From a virus, in IMG/VR virus record IMGVR_UViG_3300022074_000239: 30,489 nt of DNA. One strand, 5' to 3'. How positions within the stretch are numbered: the first letter of the stretch is position 1; each line of letters starts with the position of its first letter. Below the pieces are notes generated by a model. It was not told the origin of the DNA. It ran no database searches and saw only the letters and a list, made by a program, of their open reading frames with translations. Below, piece after piece: positions 9,265-18,360 of the stretch. The position numbers were made by a program, and so were the translations under genes.

Positions 9265-9420
9265 TTATTCCTCTTCTAACTTCTTGAATTTATCTTCTGG
9301 CAATACAAGTCCTTGAAGTACCATCCAACGAGGGACAGATACATTGACTGGATCTCCAGCTTTAAATTCTTTCTTCTTGATTTCGCAATCTACGACTGCA
9401 ATATATTTAATTTTTGACAT
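9265..9420 (-). CDS. Small hypothetical protein (51 aa, below ORF-track cutoff)
   Basis: ATG 9420 is preceded by GGAG. Sequence: MSKIKYIAVVDCEIKKKEFKAGDPVNVSVPRWMVLQGLVLPEDKFKKLEEE*. It fills an otherwise empty 160-nt gap, and its 3' end carries the RBS of the next gene. Confidence 0.5.
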   Translation of the reverse strand: MSKIKYIAVVDCEIKKKEFKAGDPVNVSVPRWMVLQGLVLPEDKFKKLEEE

Positions 9421-9424
9421 TTTT

Positions 9425-9865
9425 CTACTCCGATAATGTTGCTTCTGCTTCGAGACTCATTTCAATCAAACAAACTCTTCCCTCATCAGACAATGTGTTT
9501 TCAACATTGATATTCTGAATTGAAGCTACGATGACAGCTCCATTGACAGTTGAGTCATCATTCAATTGATCTATGATCTCATTAGCTAGAGCAATAGCTC
9601 TGCTCTCGGTAGTTCCAGCAACAGAATCACCAGCTCCAGCTCTTAAAACATATACGAAGATCTCAAGTGATAGATCTTCTTCATAAACACTTCCAAATGC
9701 TTGAAAGTTGATTGTTGAATCTGAATCTCCAAAAAATATATGTTCTTTCTTTGCAGATTCGATTGGATTGTATTTGCTGATCGAGACTCCAGATAGACCA
9801 GCTCTTGCTGAAAGCTGAGTATGTAGATTATCTCTGACAGTCTTTAAAACTGATCCGATAGCCAT
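9425..9865 (-). CDS. Head-tail joining / tail terminator-like protein
   Basis: 146 aa. TAATG overlap with the upstream gene. Call rests on position between adaptor and tube and on general DUF3168-like appearance; weak. Confidence 0.5.
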   Translation of the reverse strand: MAIGSVLKTVRDNLHTQLSARAGLSGVSISKYNPIESAKKEHIFFGDSDSTINFQAFGSVYEEDLSLEIFVYVLRAGAGDSVAGTTESRAIALANEIIDQLNDDSTVNGAVIVASIQNINVENTLSDEGRVCLIEMSLEAEATLSE

Positions 9866-10755
9866 TAAACACCAAAGACCTTTTCTGAGTTTTCATCGAT
9901 CCATTGATTGACTTCTGGGATTCTTGTTGGATTCTTAAAGTTTCCTCCTTGAGTCACCAAAGAAATATTCCCAATTTCATCATTGAAACTTGTTGCACGA
10001 TCTGGAATGTTTGAACTAATGATCCTATCAAGTAGGAGCTTCAAAGCTATTCGATCAACACCATTTCTGATGTAGTCCCAACCATATTCGTATTCCACAA
10101 CAATTGGAAGTGGATAAGCTGATGTTGGCTCTGGAAATGATCCATCTATTCTATGAATAAAACCAGCACCTTTGTCAATCTCAAAGTTAGTTGTTGCAAT
10201 TGTCTCACCTAAGATCTTGACTGAGATCAATTTATTTATGTGAAAGTTAGGAAGACTGATCATTCGATCTTTCTCACCTTTCATTTTCACTAGATTATAT
10301 TTAGGAGTCCAAGACACTCCAGTCCACTGTTCAAGTAGATCTGTGATCTTTGCTCTTTCTTCAAGGATTGTTGCATCTGGATAATCACTAGCTGAATCCA
10401 ATTGAGATATATCAAAAGATCTTGCTTGTGCTTCAGTGAACAATGGAAAGCCCATCACTTCGTGATTTGTTCTAAGTTTTTGACTGACACTTTCCCAAGT
10501 ACCAGTCCAGACAGCATAAAGTTTTTTCACATCAGCTGTGTTTGAAATTCCTAGATCATAATAATAAACACCAGTCGATTCTTTAGTTGCTGACTGACTA
10601 TTGATGACAGTTGCTCCAGCTTCATCGGTCACTGTGACTGTGACTGATCCACTTGCATCTGTCAGTGTGCCATCAACATAAGCATTGACATAAATTCGAC
10701 CTTTTGAGTCTTTAAATAGTTGTTGAGTACCACTACCAACTGAATATCCGATCAT
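9865..10755 (-). CDS. Head-tail adaptor (gp6-like) with N-terminal extra domain
   Basis: 296 aa. The central segment FPLFTEAQARSFD...ILEERAKITDLLEQWTG resembles gp6-type connectors. The first ~100 aa form an additional beta-rich domain. Confidence 0.5.
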   Translation of the reverse strand: MIGYSVGSGTQQLFKDSKGRIYVNAYVDGTLTDASGSVTVTVTDEAGATVINSQSATKESTGVYYYDLGISNTADVKKLYAVWTGTWESVSQKLRTNHEVMGFPLFTEAQARSFDISQLDSASDYPDATILEERAKITDLLEQWTGVSWTPKYNLVKMKGEKDRMISLPNFHINKLISVKILGETIATTNFEIDKGAGFIHRIDGSFPEPTSAYPLPIVVEYEYGWDYIRNGVDRIALKLLLDRIISSNIPDRATSFNDEIGNISLVTQGGNFKNPTRIPEVNQWIDENSEKVFGV

Positions 10756-10828
10756 TATCTTTTCCTTGATCCCTTAGTTTTTTTCTTTTTTTTCTTTGAC
10801 CAATACGAATTTGAATCGTGTCTTGGCA

Positions 10829-11020
10829 TTAAGATTTCTCTTTTCCAGCTGGAGAATCAGCTTTCTTCTTTGGTTTTGGAGCAGACTTAACTGCTTCAGC
10901 CCAACCCTTTTCAATAAGATCAACAGCATTGTTTTTGTCTGTGTCCCAGATCTCATCTTTCTTTGGGATTGGTTGTCCATTGTATAGTCCAGTCATATCG
11001 ACCAGCATCTTGATTTTCAT
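10829..11020 (-). CDS. Small lysine-rich protein after capsid gene (63 aa)
   Basis: Start moved to ATG 11020 (MKIKMLVDM...), which follows AAGGAG. The track ORF 10829-11062 has no RBS at its own start. Confidence 0.6.
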   Translation of the reverse strand: MKIKMLVDMTGLYNGQPIPKKDEIWDTDKNNAVDLIEKGWAEAVKSAPKPKKKADSPAGKEKS

Positions 11021-11064
11021 TATCAATCTCCTTAAATTCACCGAGAACTCCTCAGACAGCAAAG

Positions 11065-11152
11065 AAATATCGAAACATTACAAACGATATTTGAAAGAGT
11101 TCTCAGTCAATGCTCTGTTGCCAGAGCAAAGACTTTTATCTGTTGCCAGATA
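11065..11152 (-). promoter_or_regulatory. Three stem-loops 3' of the capsid gene (two with GCAA tetraloops)
   Basis: Plus strand: TATCTG-TTGC-CAGATA (11137-11152), GCTCTG-TTGC-CAGAGC (11112-11127) and AAATATCG-N12-CGATATTT (11065-11092). No U-tract follows any of them. Confidence 0.6.
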
Positions 11153-11165
11153 ATAAAATTATGGT

Positions 11166-12338
11166 TTAACCCATAACCATTCTCTTGACAGCATTTGTGT
11201 CGAGTAGATCACCATCAGCACGATATATTGCTCTGAAAGTGACTAAGTCGTTTGCAAACGCATAATCAACAGAACGATCCAATTGGAAACCTTGAACTTC
11301 ACGAATGAAATATTTGCTCATATCTCCGAAAGCCATAACTTTCTTAGCTGTTGCAATTGTTTCAATGTTAGGATCAGAAGCAACTGGAGATCCAAGAAGT
11401 GAATCTGGATTTCCTAATTGCAAGGATGGTTGCCACAAGTATTGGTTGTTTGAATCTTTTAGTTGTCTAACTTCTTTCAAAGTAGCATCATTCATAATCC
11501 AAGCACCATTCACTCTGTATGGACTTGTCACTGCGTGATATAGATCAATAACTTCATCAGAAGTGATTGCTGTTGCACTAGCACAAGTCACACCAGTTGA
11601 TGTTGCATTCATTATGCCATTTGGTTTGGAAGAGCCATTTCCGACTGCAAAGTCAGTTCCAGCTCCATTTCCTAATGCACGACCAATGTCTTGTGCAAGG
11701 AATCCCTCGATGTCCACGCCCTCATCAGCAAGAAGCTCTGAAGACACTTGAACGAGATAAGCATATTTGAAAGCTCCTAAAGTGACAGAAGCACTTGTTG
11801 GATCGCTTTCACCGATTGCTCCACCCTCAGCAACTAATGAAGCTGAACTGTGAGCTGTTATTTGTGGGAACTTAATGTCTTCACCAGAAGCAGTTGAGAC
11901 AACTGTTGCAAACTGTCTCACGACAGCATTTTCATCAAGTTTCGCAATTATTTGGTCATAAAAACCTTGAGGAACTAATCCACCATCGCCACCTTTGGTC
12001 AAGTCTCTTTTCTCGAAAGAATGAGATCTGACTTCACCAGTAGCCATTTTTCTTAAGATAGAAGCATCAGTTTCAGCTTCTTCCTTTTCGATAACTGGGG
12101 CATTTTCAGTTTCAAAGATTGCTCTTGATTCTTCTGATTTTTTGTTTGCTTCTTCAACAGATGCAAGTTCTTGAACTCTGGCATCGATTTCTGACATTCT
12201 GTCATTCATCTTGTCCCATTGTTCTTTTTCAGAAGCATCAAGTGATCTTTCCTCTTTGATCTCACGATCATTGAGTTCTTTCATTTGCTCCCAGAGACCA
12301 GCTCTCTCTTCATAGAGATTATCTACGATATTAGCCAT
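11166..12338 (-). CDS. Major capsid protein, HK97-type
   Basis: 390 aa. The N-terminal ~100 aa form a charged coiled coil (delta/scaffold-like), followed by ...GGLVPQGFYDQIIAKL.... Follows the S78 protease. Confidence 0.9.
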   Translation of the reverse strand: MANIVDNLYEERAGLWEQMKELNDREIKEERSLDASEKEQWDKMNDRMSEIDARVQELASVEEANKKSEESRAIFETENAPVIEKEEAETDASILRKMATGEVRSHSFEKRDLTKGGDGGLVPQGFYDQIIAKLDENAVVRQFATVVSTASGEDIKFPQITAHSSASLVAEGGAIGESDPTSASVTLGAFKYAYLVQVSSELLADEGVDIEGFLAQDIGRALGNGAGTDFAVGNGSSKPNGIMNATSTGVTCASATAITSDEVIDLYHAVTSPYRVNGAWIMNDATLKEVRQLKDSNNQYLWQPSLQLGNPDSLLGSPVASDPNIETIATAKKVMAFGDMSKYFIREVQGFQLDRSVDYAFANDLVTFRAIYRADGDLLDTNAVKRMVMG

Positions 12339-12358
12339 TTTTTATCTCCTAAGATATT

Positions 12359-12386
12359 GGACAAGTGAAGTCGTTTCGACTTGTCC
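12359..12386 (-). promoter_or_regulatory. Stem-loop just upstream of the capsid gene RBS
   Basis: GGACAAGT-N12-ACTTGTCC, an 8-bp stem. It ends about 8 nt from the AGGAG of the capsid gene. Confidence 0.55.
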
Positions 12387-12442
12387 GAGTCGTATGTGTA
12401 GAAAAGCAGACTGATTCATCATCGAGTTTGCTTAAAATTTAT

Positions 12443-13729
12443 TTATAAACTTTTATTTTTCAGCAGATCAAGTCTTCTCTTTCGAGCATCTGCATTGAAG
12501 ACAGTTTCTTCTTCTTGTTGCAATAACTCTTTAAGAGTTCCCTTTTCATTTGCTTCAACGAGATCTCTTAGATCTAGTCCACTCATATCTGCAAGACCTT
12601 TGAATGATCTTTCAGTTGAGACAGTGGAATCTTGATATGCTGGGAAAGGAGTTGGACTGACTTCATAAAGTCTTGTCTCTAATACTTCTCTCAATACTGG
12701 ATCATCAGAGCTTTCTGGCACTGACCATCTTTCTTCTATCACATCAAATCCAAAACTTGAGTTTGTGACATCTCCTCTTTCAATCATCTTGAAAGCTGAT
12801 CTGTGATGTGTGATGTCCAGATCCAAATCAACCTCATAGTGAAGTCCTTTTGAATCTTCTGACAATTTCAATGTCCCAGCTCTTTTAGATCCAAGAACAA
12901 GATCAGTTGAATGATTAAAGAGAGCTTTTATGTCATCTCTTGAGGTTTGTGTCCCTCTTTCATTAAGAGTTTTTGTGAAAGCTCCTCTTTTGATCTGTTC
13001 AACAAAACCACCACCAAGCACTTGTGAAGATCTGTCAAAGATAGAAGCATATCCACTGATCACAGCTTTCGATCCATCAAGGGATCTAGCTTCAAACTCA
13101 TTGACAATATATCTCACATCGTGAGCTGGAGTTGGTCTAACTTGTTTCGGCTCTGAGCTGAATATTTTTTCTTCTATTTTTTCCAATGTTCTTTCTCCAT
13201 CATCTAATTTGATTATTTCTCGATCTGCCCAAGCAATTGTCCGATCAGCTCCATCGAGCATAGATCCAACAGATATTTCAGCTGATCCAGATCCCCAGAG
13301 CCAATGTGCAACCACACCAGCTGAGATCTCACCATCTTCAACTTGTTCAGATTGAAGATCACCACGATGTCTTTTGATCCACGCAGATAATCTTCTTAGT
13401 TTGTCCTCTGTTATTGATCCTCTTGCTAAAGCTCTGGCTTCAGTGATAGTTTTTTCAACTAAACCATCACCAGCTTTGTCCAAATTCTCAAGACCTCTTT
13501 CAGCATTTGCTTGAATATAATCTGGAACTGAAATATGTTCAGATCTTTCCTCTGATCTATCTTCATTCAGTTCATCGTATTCTTGATGAGTCTTGCAAGG
13601 CATATAGAAAACATCATCACCATCTTCCATAGTGTGAAAAGATGTATCATCGATATAACAACCGATGACTTTTGCTTTTGCAAGTGCTTCTTCTTGAGTA
13701 CCAAACAAATCTTCGTATGGTTTAGCCAT
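12443..13729 (-). CDS. Prohead protease (S78/HK97 family) with ~190-aa N-terminal extension
   Basis: The C-terminal half carries GYASIFD...GAFTKTL...LFNHS...GLHYEV...SSFGF...LYEVSPTPFPAY. The N-terminal half is an unrelated domain (GCYIDD..FYMPCKTHQEY; AERGLENLDKAGDG). Confidence 0.85.
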   Translation of the reverse strand: MAKPYEDLFGTQEEALAKAKVIGCYIDDTSFHTMEDGDDVFYMPCKTHQEYDELNEDRSEERSEHISVPDYIQANAERGLENLDKAGDGLVEKTITEARALARGSITEDKLRRLSAWIKRHRGDLQSEQVEDGEISAGVVAHWLWGSGSAEISVGSMLDGADRTIAWADREIIKLDDGERTLEKIEEKIFSSEPKQVRPTPAHDVRYIVNEFEARSLDGSKAVISGYASIFDRSSQVLGGGFVEQIKRGAFTKTLNERGTQTSRDDIKALFNHSTDLVLGSKRAGTLKLSEDSKGLHYEVDLDLDITHHRSAFKMIERGDVTNSSFGFDVIEERWSVPESSDDPVLREVLETRLYEVSPTPFPAYQDSTVSTERSFKGLADMSGLDLRDLVEANEKGTLKELLQQEEETVFNADARKRRLDLLKNKSL

Positions 13730-13736
13730 TATCTTC

Positions 13737-14495
13737 CTATATATATTTCTTAAATAAACGATCAGACCATTTCGAGTTTGGATTAATCGATCTTATCTTC
13801 TTTGGATCGAATATGTGTCTTGACTTGATATGATATTCACGATCAGAAGAATTAAACTTTGAAGTCAATTCTTCTATTGTGTAGATCTTTCTCTGTTCAA
13901 TATGATCCAAAGTAGGAGTCCAGATCTGTCCAAGTTTTTGAGTTTTATATGATCCATCAGAATATGCAGTTGGATATATAAATATCTCGAAATCTATAAG
14001 ACATCGATTTCTGAACTGTGGTTTTGCATAAAGTCTGATCTTCTCATTGTGTCGATCAACTCTTTCTTGGAATCGTTGATATTTTCTAAGATCTTCATTC
14101 TTGATAGAACTAGATCCTTTGACTTCAATGAACTTATTCTTCAAATAAGGAGAATCAGCTTCATTCTGAGTCCAGTAGCAGACAAAGTAGTCTGGATTAA
14201 AGAACTCATCGTTCCACATAAATGAAACGACATTTGGAATAGGGGAATTGAATGGATCAGCTCCTAATGTTTGGAAAGCTCCAGAGCAATCTTCAAATTG
14301 CATCCAGTTCCAGTCACCAGAGATCTTCTTGATCCCATTCGTTTCCATATCAAATTCAAAACATTCAGCACCATAATCTTGTTGCTTTGTATTGTTTTGA
14401 AATCGTTTTGCTACTGATCCAAAGTCACCAAGCATTGATCTTGTGTTTTGTTCAGATAGCTTATCTGGATCTCGTAGATCCCAGATTTCTTTCAT
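13737..14495 (-). CDS. Hypothetical protein, possible PD-(D/E)xK-fold nuclease
   Basis: 252 aa inserted between portal and protease. The motif pair ...NPDYFVCYW...(about 20 aa)...FIEVKG fits PD...ExK. Fold not verified. Confidence 0.35.
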   Translation of the reverse strand: MKEIWDLRDPDKLSEQNTRSMLGDFGSVAKRFQNNTKQQDYGAECFEFDMETNGIKKISGDWNWMQFEDCSGAFQTLGADPFNSPIPNVVSFMWNDEFFNPDYFVCYWTQNEADSPYLKNKFIEVKGSSSIKNEDLRKYQRFQERVDRHNEKIRLYAKPQFRNRCLIDFEIFIYPTAYSDGSYKTQKLGQIWTPTLDHIEQRKIYTIEELTSKFNSSDREYHIKSRHIFDPKKIRSINPNSKWSDRLFKKYI

Positions 14496-14513
14496 TATAA
14501 CTCTTCCGAATTA

Positions 14514-15737
14514 TCAGCTTTCGTTCTGAGTTTGGTCATCTTGATCTTGAACAGATTGTTGATTCAAGTTTTGCAGATACGAATCTCCAATTTCTTGATC
14601 TACTGGCTCAAGATCTTCTTTTGCTCTGATCTCATTAACAGAAAGGAATCCAGCATTTCTTCCCAAGTTATATGCTTCATATCGAGCTTTGATATTTGCT
14701 CTTAATAATCCAGATACATCAATTCTTGCAAATTGATTTCTTGGAAGCATCATCGTGAGTGCTGTCTCGATTCTGTTGATATAGGGGAGAAGAGTTAGTT
14801 CATAAAAAACTCTGTTTTGCTCCTCAATACTAGATCCGAGCTTTGTAGTTTCTGAGAGATCACCGATCATATACGCTGGAACTCTAAAGAGTCCACAGAT
14901 TTCTGATTTAGTGTATTTCCTAGATCCCAAAAACTGCATTTGTTCGTGGTTTAAAGCCATAGGTTTCCAAGAAGCTCCCTCAGTCAATATTCCGATTCGA
15001 TGAGACTTCTTAGTTCCCATATGTTTTCTCTCAAAGCTCTGCTTCAAGATGTTGAGTGATTCTTCTGTTGGACTTGAGTCCATTTCGATCACTCCAGAGA
15101 GAACAGCTCCATTCTGAAAGAATCTTCCAGCAAACTCATCTTGTGCAAGTGCAATTCCAATTGCTTCTTGACCAGCTTCTATTGGAGAAAGTCCCAAATC
15201 AGATCCTTGTTCAAAGTTCTTGATGTGAACGATCTCTCCAGCTGGATTCATAGATGTGTATCTAGTGAAAGTCTCTTTTCCATTGAAAACATAAACTGCT
15301 TTCCCATTTTTTCTTTGGATCTCAATATCATCTGGATGCAAGTTATAGATCTCAGATGGAAAACCATTTCGATCTCTAGCTGTGATCAACCAGTACGAAT
15401 TGCCATAAAGACAAAGTGAATTGATTGATCTGTGCATCCAAGTGAATATATCTGTCTCTGGATTTGGCATTCCATTAACAGCATCCAAGAAAACTGGAGG
15501 AGTTGTGGATTCTCTATAATCTTGAGTCTTTCTAAATGTTTTGACTGGCATTGTTGCAATCGAATCACTTATCAAAGAAATACAAGAATAAACTGTTGCA
15601 GAAGTGATTGCAGTTGATGGATCAACTATCTCACCAGATGCAGTCTTTCCAGTTCCATCCATTCCCAAATTAAATAAAGAAGCATCCATATCTCGCTTCT
15701 CAAATGGTTGTCTATTAAATAAATCTATTAGTCTCAT
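14514..15737 (-). CDS. Portal protein (HK97 family)
   Basis: 407 aa with ...SATVYSCISLISDSIATMPVK..., a typical portal N-terminal motif. Located after TerL. Confidence 0.9.
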   Translation of the reverse strand: MRLIDLFNRQPFEKRDMDASLFNLGMDGTGKTASGEIVDPSTAITSATVYSCISLISDSIATMPVKTFRKTQDYRESTTPPVFLDAVNGMPNPETDIFTWMHRSINSLCLYGNSYWLITARDRNGFPSEIYNLHPDDIEIQRKNGKAVYVFNGKETFTRYTSMNPAGEIVHIKNFEQGSDLGLSPIEAGQEAIGIALAQDEFAGRFFQNGAVLSGVIEMDSSPTEESLNILKQSFERKHMGTKKSHRIGILTEGASWKPMALNHEQMQFLGSRKYTKSEICGLFRVPAYMIGDLSETTKLGSSIEEQNRVFYELTLLPYINRIETALTMMLPRNQFARIDVSGLLRANIKARYEAYNLGRNAGFLSVNEIRAKEDLEPVDQEIGDSYLQNLNQQSVQDQDDQTQNES

Positions 15738-15877
15738 AATCTCTCAAAGTCGAATAAAAGTGAAATAGCTATCAGTCCAGATCCAAGAACAAACAGTCCA
15801 ACAGTTGTTGAGACAAAGAATGCTGAGACACAAACACTGACAAATCCCACTGAAAAAATAATTAGGTTATTTATCAT
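15734..15877 (-). CDS. Small two-TM membrane protein (47 aa)
   Basis: ATG 15877 follows AGGAG. Sequence: MINNLIIFSVGFVSVCVSAFFVSTTVGLFVLGSGLIAISLLFDFERL. ATGA overlap with the portal start. Confidence 0.55.
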   Translation of the reverse strand: MINNLIIFSVGFVSVCVSAFFVSTTVGLFVLGSGLIAISLLFDFERL

Positions 15878-15884
15878 CAAACTC

Positions 15885-17354
15885 CTAAATTGATATAAAT
15901 TCTGGAGACTTCTGATCATCTTCTTCTTGTGGTCTGATTAGATCTGACCATCTATCGAATGCCATTATTGAAGCAATAGCCAAGTCGATCTTTCTTGCAG
16001 ATGATTTGTTGATCTTTGTGACCAGAGTCCCTTGAGGAGTCTCTTTTGGGACACAGTTGATCAAATGTTGGAAAAGGTTGAAATCTCCATCGTGTGAAAG
16101 TCCTTGTTCCATAACAGCTGAATAAAACCTTGAGGTTGCTTCAGCCATTTTCTTTCTATAATTTCCCTCAAAATAAAGGATCATATCTGATCCATACTTG
16201 TCTTCTAATTCATCAAGTTCTTGATGCCAACCCATAGGATCAACAACAAACTCGACAACTTCATAATCTCTAAAGATCTGATCTATTTTTGCCAGAACTT
16301 CATTTCTAGGAACTTTCCAAAGTTGGTTTTCTTGAACTGGTCTTTCCCAGTGTCCCAAGACTTGAATGTGTGGTTTTTCTTCAACTGAAATCCCCACCAA
16401 TGCTGTTGAGTCCCTTGAATACGATCCATCAAACGCCAATATGATTTTTGATTCTTTCTCGATGGTTTTTTCGGCATAACATTCCTCCCACACACCAGCT
16501 GGAAGCCATCTCTCAGCTGTTGAAGTCCATTGATTTAAAAAATATCTTCTAAATTCATTCTCTGGTATCTGATGAAAAGCTCTTTCAAGCTGTTCACGAT
16601 CAACAAAGTCATCAAGAGCTGGATTGCTTTGTTCAAGAGCAAGTTGTCTTTGATCGAAGTTATTGATGTCCAATTCTTGATCTGCTTCGTATATTTTAAA
16701 ATAAAATCCCTCATCTTCGATTTCACCAGCTTCAATTCCTTTTGCATATTTATAAAGTCTATAAGCAAGACTGTTCTCAACTCCAGCAGTTGTGATGTTG
16801 ATTCCAATCGTGTTTGCTCTTTTCCTAAGTCCATTCTGGATCACCAGATGAGCTTTTTCCTTGTTGCCAGTCATCTCGTGGATCTCATCAAAGATTCCAA
16901 AAGGAGCTGGTCTAAGACCATCATTCTGACCAGCAACACAAGGAACTCTTAAAATATAAGCATTGGGATTGTCCTTGACTATGATCTTTCGTTCTTGAAT
17001 ATCAACAAAGTGCTTCAATTCACTGTTTTGGATCATTGCTTTTGCAGATGAAAAGACAAGATCAGCTTGATCATAACTTGATGCAACAACTGGAATGATC
17101 GGACTTGGATTTCCAGATCCTAGCAGTCCATAAACTGCCAACATTCCAGCAAGTTCAGTTTTTCCATTCGACTTTGGAGTCGATATATAAGCAGTATGAT
17201 GTTTGAATGATCCATCTTCTCTAAGTTCAAAGAGTTCTCTGATGATCTCTTTCTGCCAATCTCTTAAGACAATAGGTTGTCCAAGATAATCTCCAGAAGA
17301 GTGAACACAATATCGTTCAATGAACTTGATAACTCTATTCCCAAGAGTTTTCAT
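15885..17354 (-). CDS. terL: Terminase large subunit
   Basis: 489 aa. Walker A-like TPKSNGKTELAG and Walker B-like GIFDEIHE; Terminase_1-like N-terminus (WQKEIIRELF). Confidence 0.92.
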   Translation of the reverse strand: MKTLGNRVIKFIERYCVHSSGDYLGQPIVLRDWQKEIIRELFELREDGSFKHHTAYISTPKSNGKTELAGMLAVYGLLGSGNPSPIIPVVASSYDQADLVFSSAKAMIQNSELKHFVDIQERKIIVKDNPNAYILRVPCVAGQNDGLRPAPFGIFDEIHEMTGNKEKAHLVIQNGLRKRANTIGINITTAGVENSLAYRLYKYAKGIEAGEIEDEGFYFKIYEADQELDINNFDQRQLALEQSNPALDDFVDREQLERAFHQIPENEFRRYFLNQWTSTAERWLPAGVWEECYAEKTIEKESKIILAFDGSYSRDSTALVGISVEEKPHIQVLGHWERPVQENQLWKVPRNEVLAKIDQIFRDYEVVEFVVDPMGWHQELDELEDKYGSDMILYFEGNYRKKMAEATSRFYSAVMEQGLSHDGDFNLFQHLINCVPKETPQGTLVTKINKSSARKIDLAIASIMAFDRWSDLIRPQEEDDQKSPEFISI

Positions 17355-17803
17355 TATTCTTCCTCTAGTTCTGCATTAAGATCAGCAAGACTTTTCTTTG
17401 CTTGACCTATTGAGATCCCTAGAGACACTCTAGCTTTCGGATTCATTCCTATTCTGTCCTCAAGTTGTCTGATCTCAGCATCTAACTTCAACATTGCTGA
17501 ATATAGAGGATTAATCACGACTTGACCTTGTGATCCTACGACCAAACGATCTTTCTTAGCTTGTTTATAGATCCTCTCTCGTTCATCCATCAGTGTTGCA
17601 AGTCGATAAATGATTGATTGATCTGATTTCTCATCAATTGCACTAGCAAGATCACTTGTCCAGAATGCTTCCCACCACAATTTCGTGTTTTTTAAATATC
17701 TTCCAGATAATTTCGGAATATTTCGTTTTTTATATGCAGACATTTCGACCAGCTTTGGTCGTATTCGATGTTCTCTTTGATCAAGTGGTTTAGCTCTAGT
17801 CAT
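17354..17803 (-). CDS. terS: Terminase small subunit (P27 family)
   Basis: 149 aa with ...WWEAFW...INPLYSAMLKLDAEIRQLEDRIGMNPKAR..., typical of P27-type TerS. TAATG overlap with terL. Confidence 0.8.
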   Translation of the reverse strand: MTRAKPLDQREHRIRPKLVEMSAYKKRNIPKLSGRYLKNTKLWWEAFWTSDLASAIDEKSDQSIIYRLATLMDERERIYKQAKKDRLVVGSQGQVVINPLYSAMLKLDAEIRQLEDRIGMNPKARVSLGISIGQAKKSLADLNAELEEE

Positions 17804-18006
17804 AATAAAAAAATATTTTTTTTGAAAGTTGTGAGACTATACATCTCTCTTTCTTAAGGGGCATCGGGAGAGACACGCTGTCAGATCTCTGCATTTTTGA
17901 CCTACCCCTACCAAATAGAGTTCTGATCAGAACAGTTTTTGTCTGTTTTTGCACACTCCCAAGCACTTATCTCAGCATATAGAGTCATTTCTACTCACAA
18001 AAGTTT
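17804..18006. other. Candidate cos / packaging-recognition region
   Basis: A 203-bp non-coding gap between HNH and terS. It holds a locally GC-rich patch (ggggcatcgggagagacacgctg), CCTAC x2 (17901-17912) and the perfect 14-bp palindrome GTTCTGATCAGAAC (17920-17933). Confidence 0.4.
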
Positions 18007-18318
18007 TCAGATTGTTGCTTGTTTGGAGCTGTTGCAACTTCGACAAAAGATTTCCAAAGTTTGATAATCATCCCCACCTTTGCTTGTTGGTATAGGATGA
18101 TCAGCTGTCAGATCAGTTGAGAAGTGTGGTTTCCTTTTATATCCAGAACACACATATCCATATTGATCAATGTGTCTTTGCACAGCTTCTTTTCTATATT
18201 TTCTCTGTGCGTATGTGACAGTCTTTGGCTTCTTATAATATTTCTTCTTGATCCTATGCTGTGGACACTTTCTTTGATCCGAAACTTTTCCACAGTCATA
18301 ACAGAAAAACTTTGGCAC
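18007..18318 (-). CDS. HNH endonuclease (terminase-associated)
   Basis: 103 aa with CYDCG...CPQH...DHPIPTSKGG...CRSCNSSK. Lies immediately upstream of terS, as in HK97-like cos phages. Confidence 0.85.
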   Translation of the reverse strand: MPKFFCYDCGKVSDQRKCPQHRIKKKYYKKPKTVTYAQRKYRKEAVQRHIDQYGYVCSGYKRKPHFSTDLTADHPIPTSKGGDDYQTLEIFCRSCNSSKQATI

Positions 18319-18360
18319 GATCTCTTTTCCTTAGTATTAATAAAACAATTAATATTTCAA

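Noticed and set aside
803-17956. Extra TGCACAC copies at 803-809 (coding) and 17950-17956 (cos-region gap), and half-sites GACATAA/TTATGTC at 21153-21159 and 19162-19168.
   Set aside because: These are isolated 7-mers at about the frequency expected by chance in 2 x 30 kb. Only the clustered, phased copies are meaningful.
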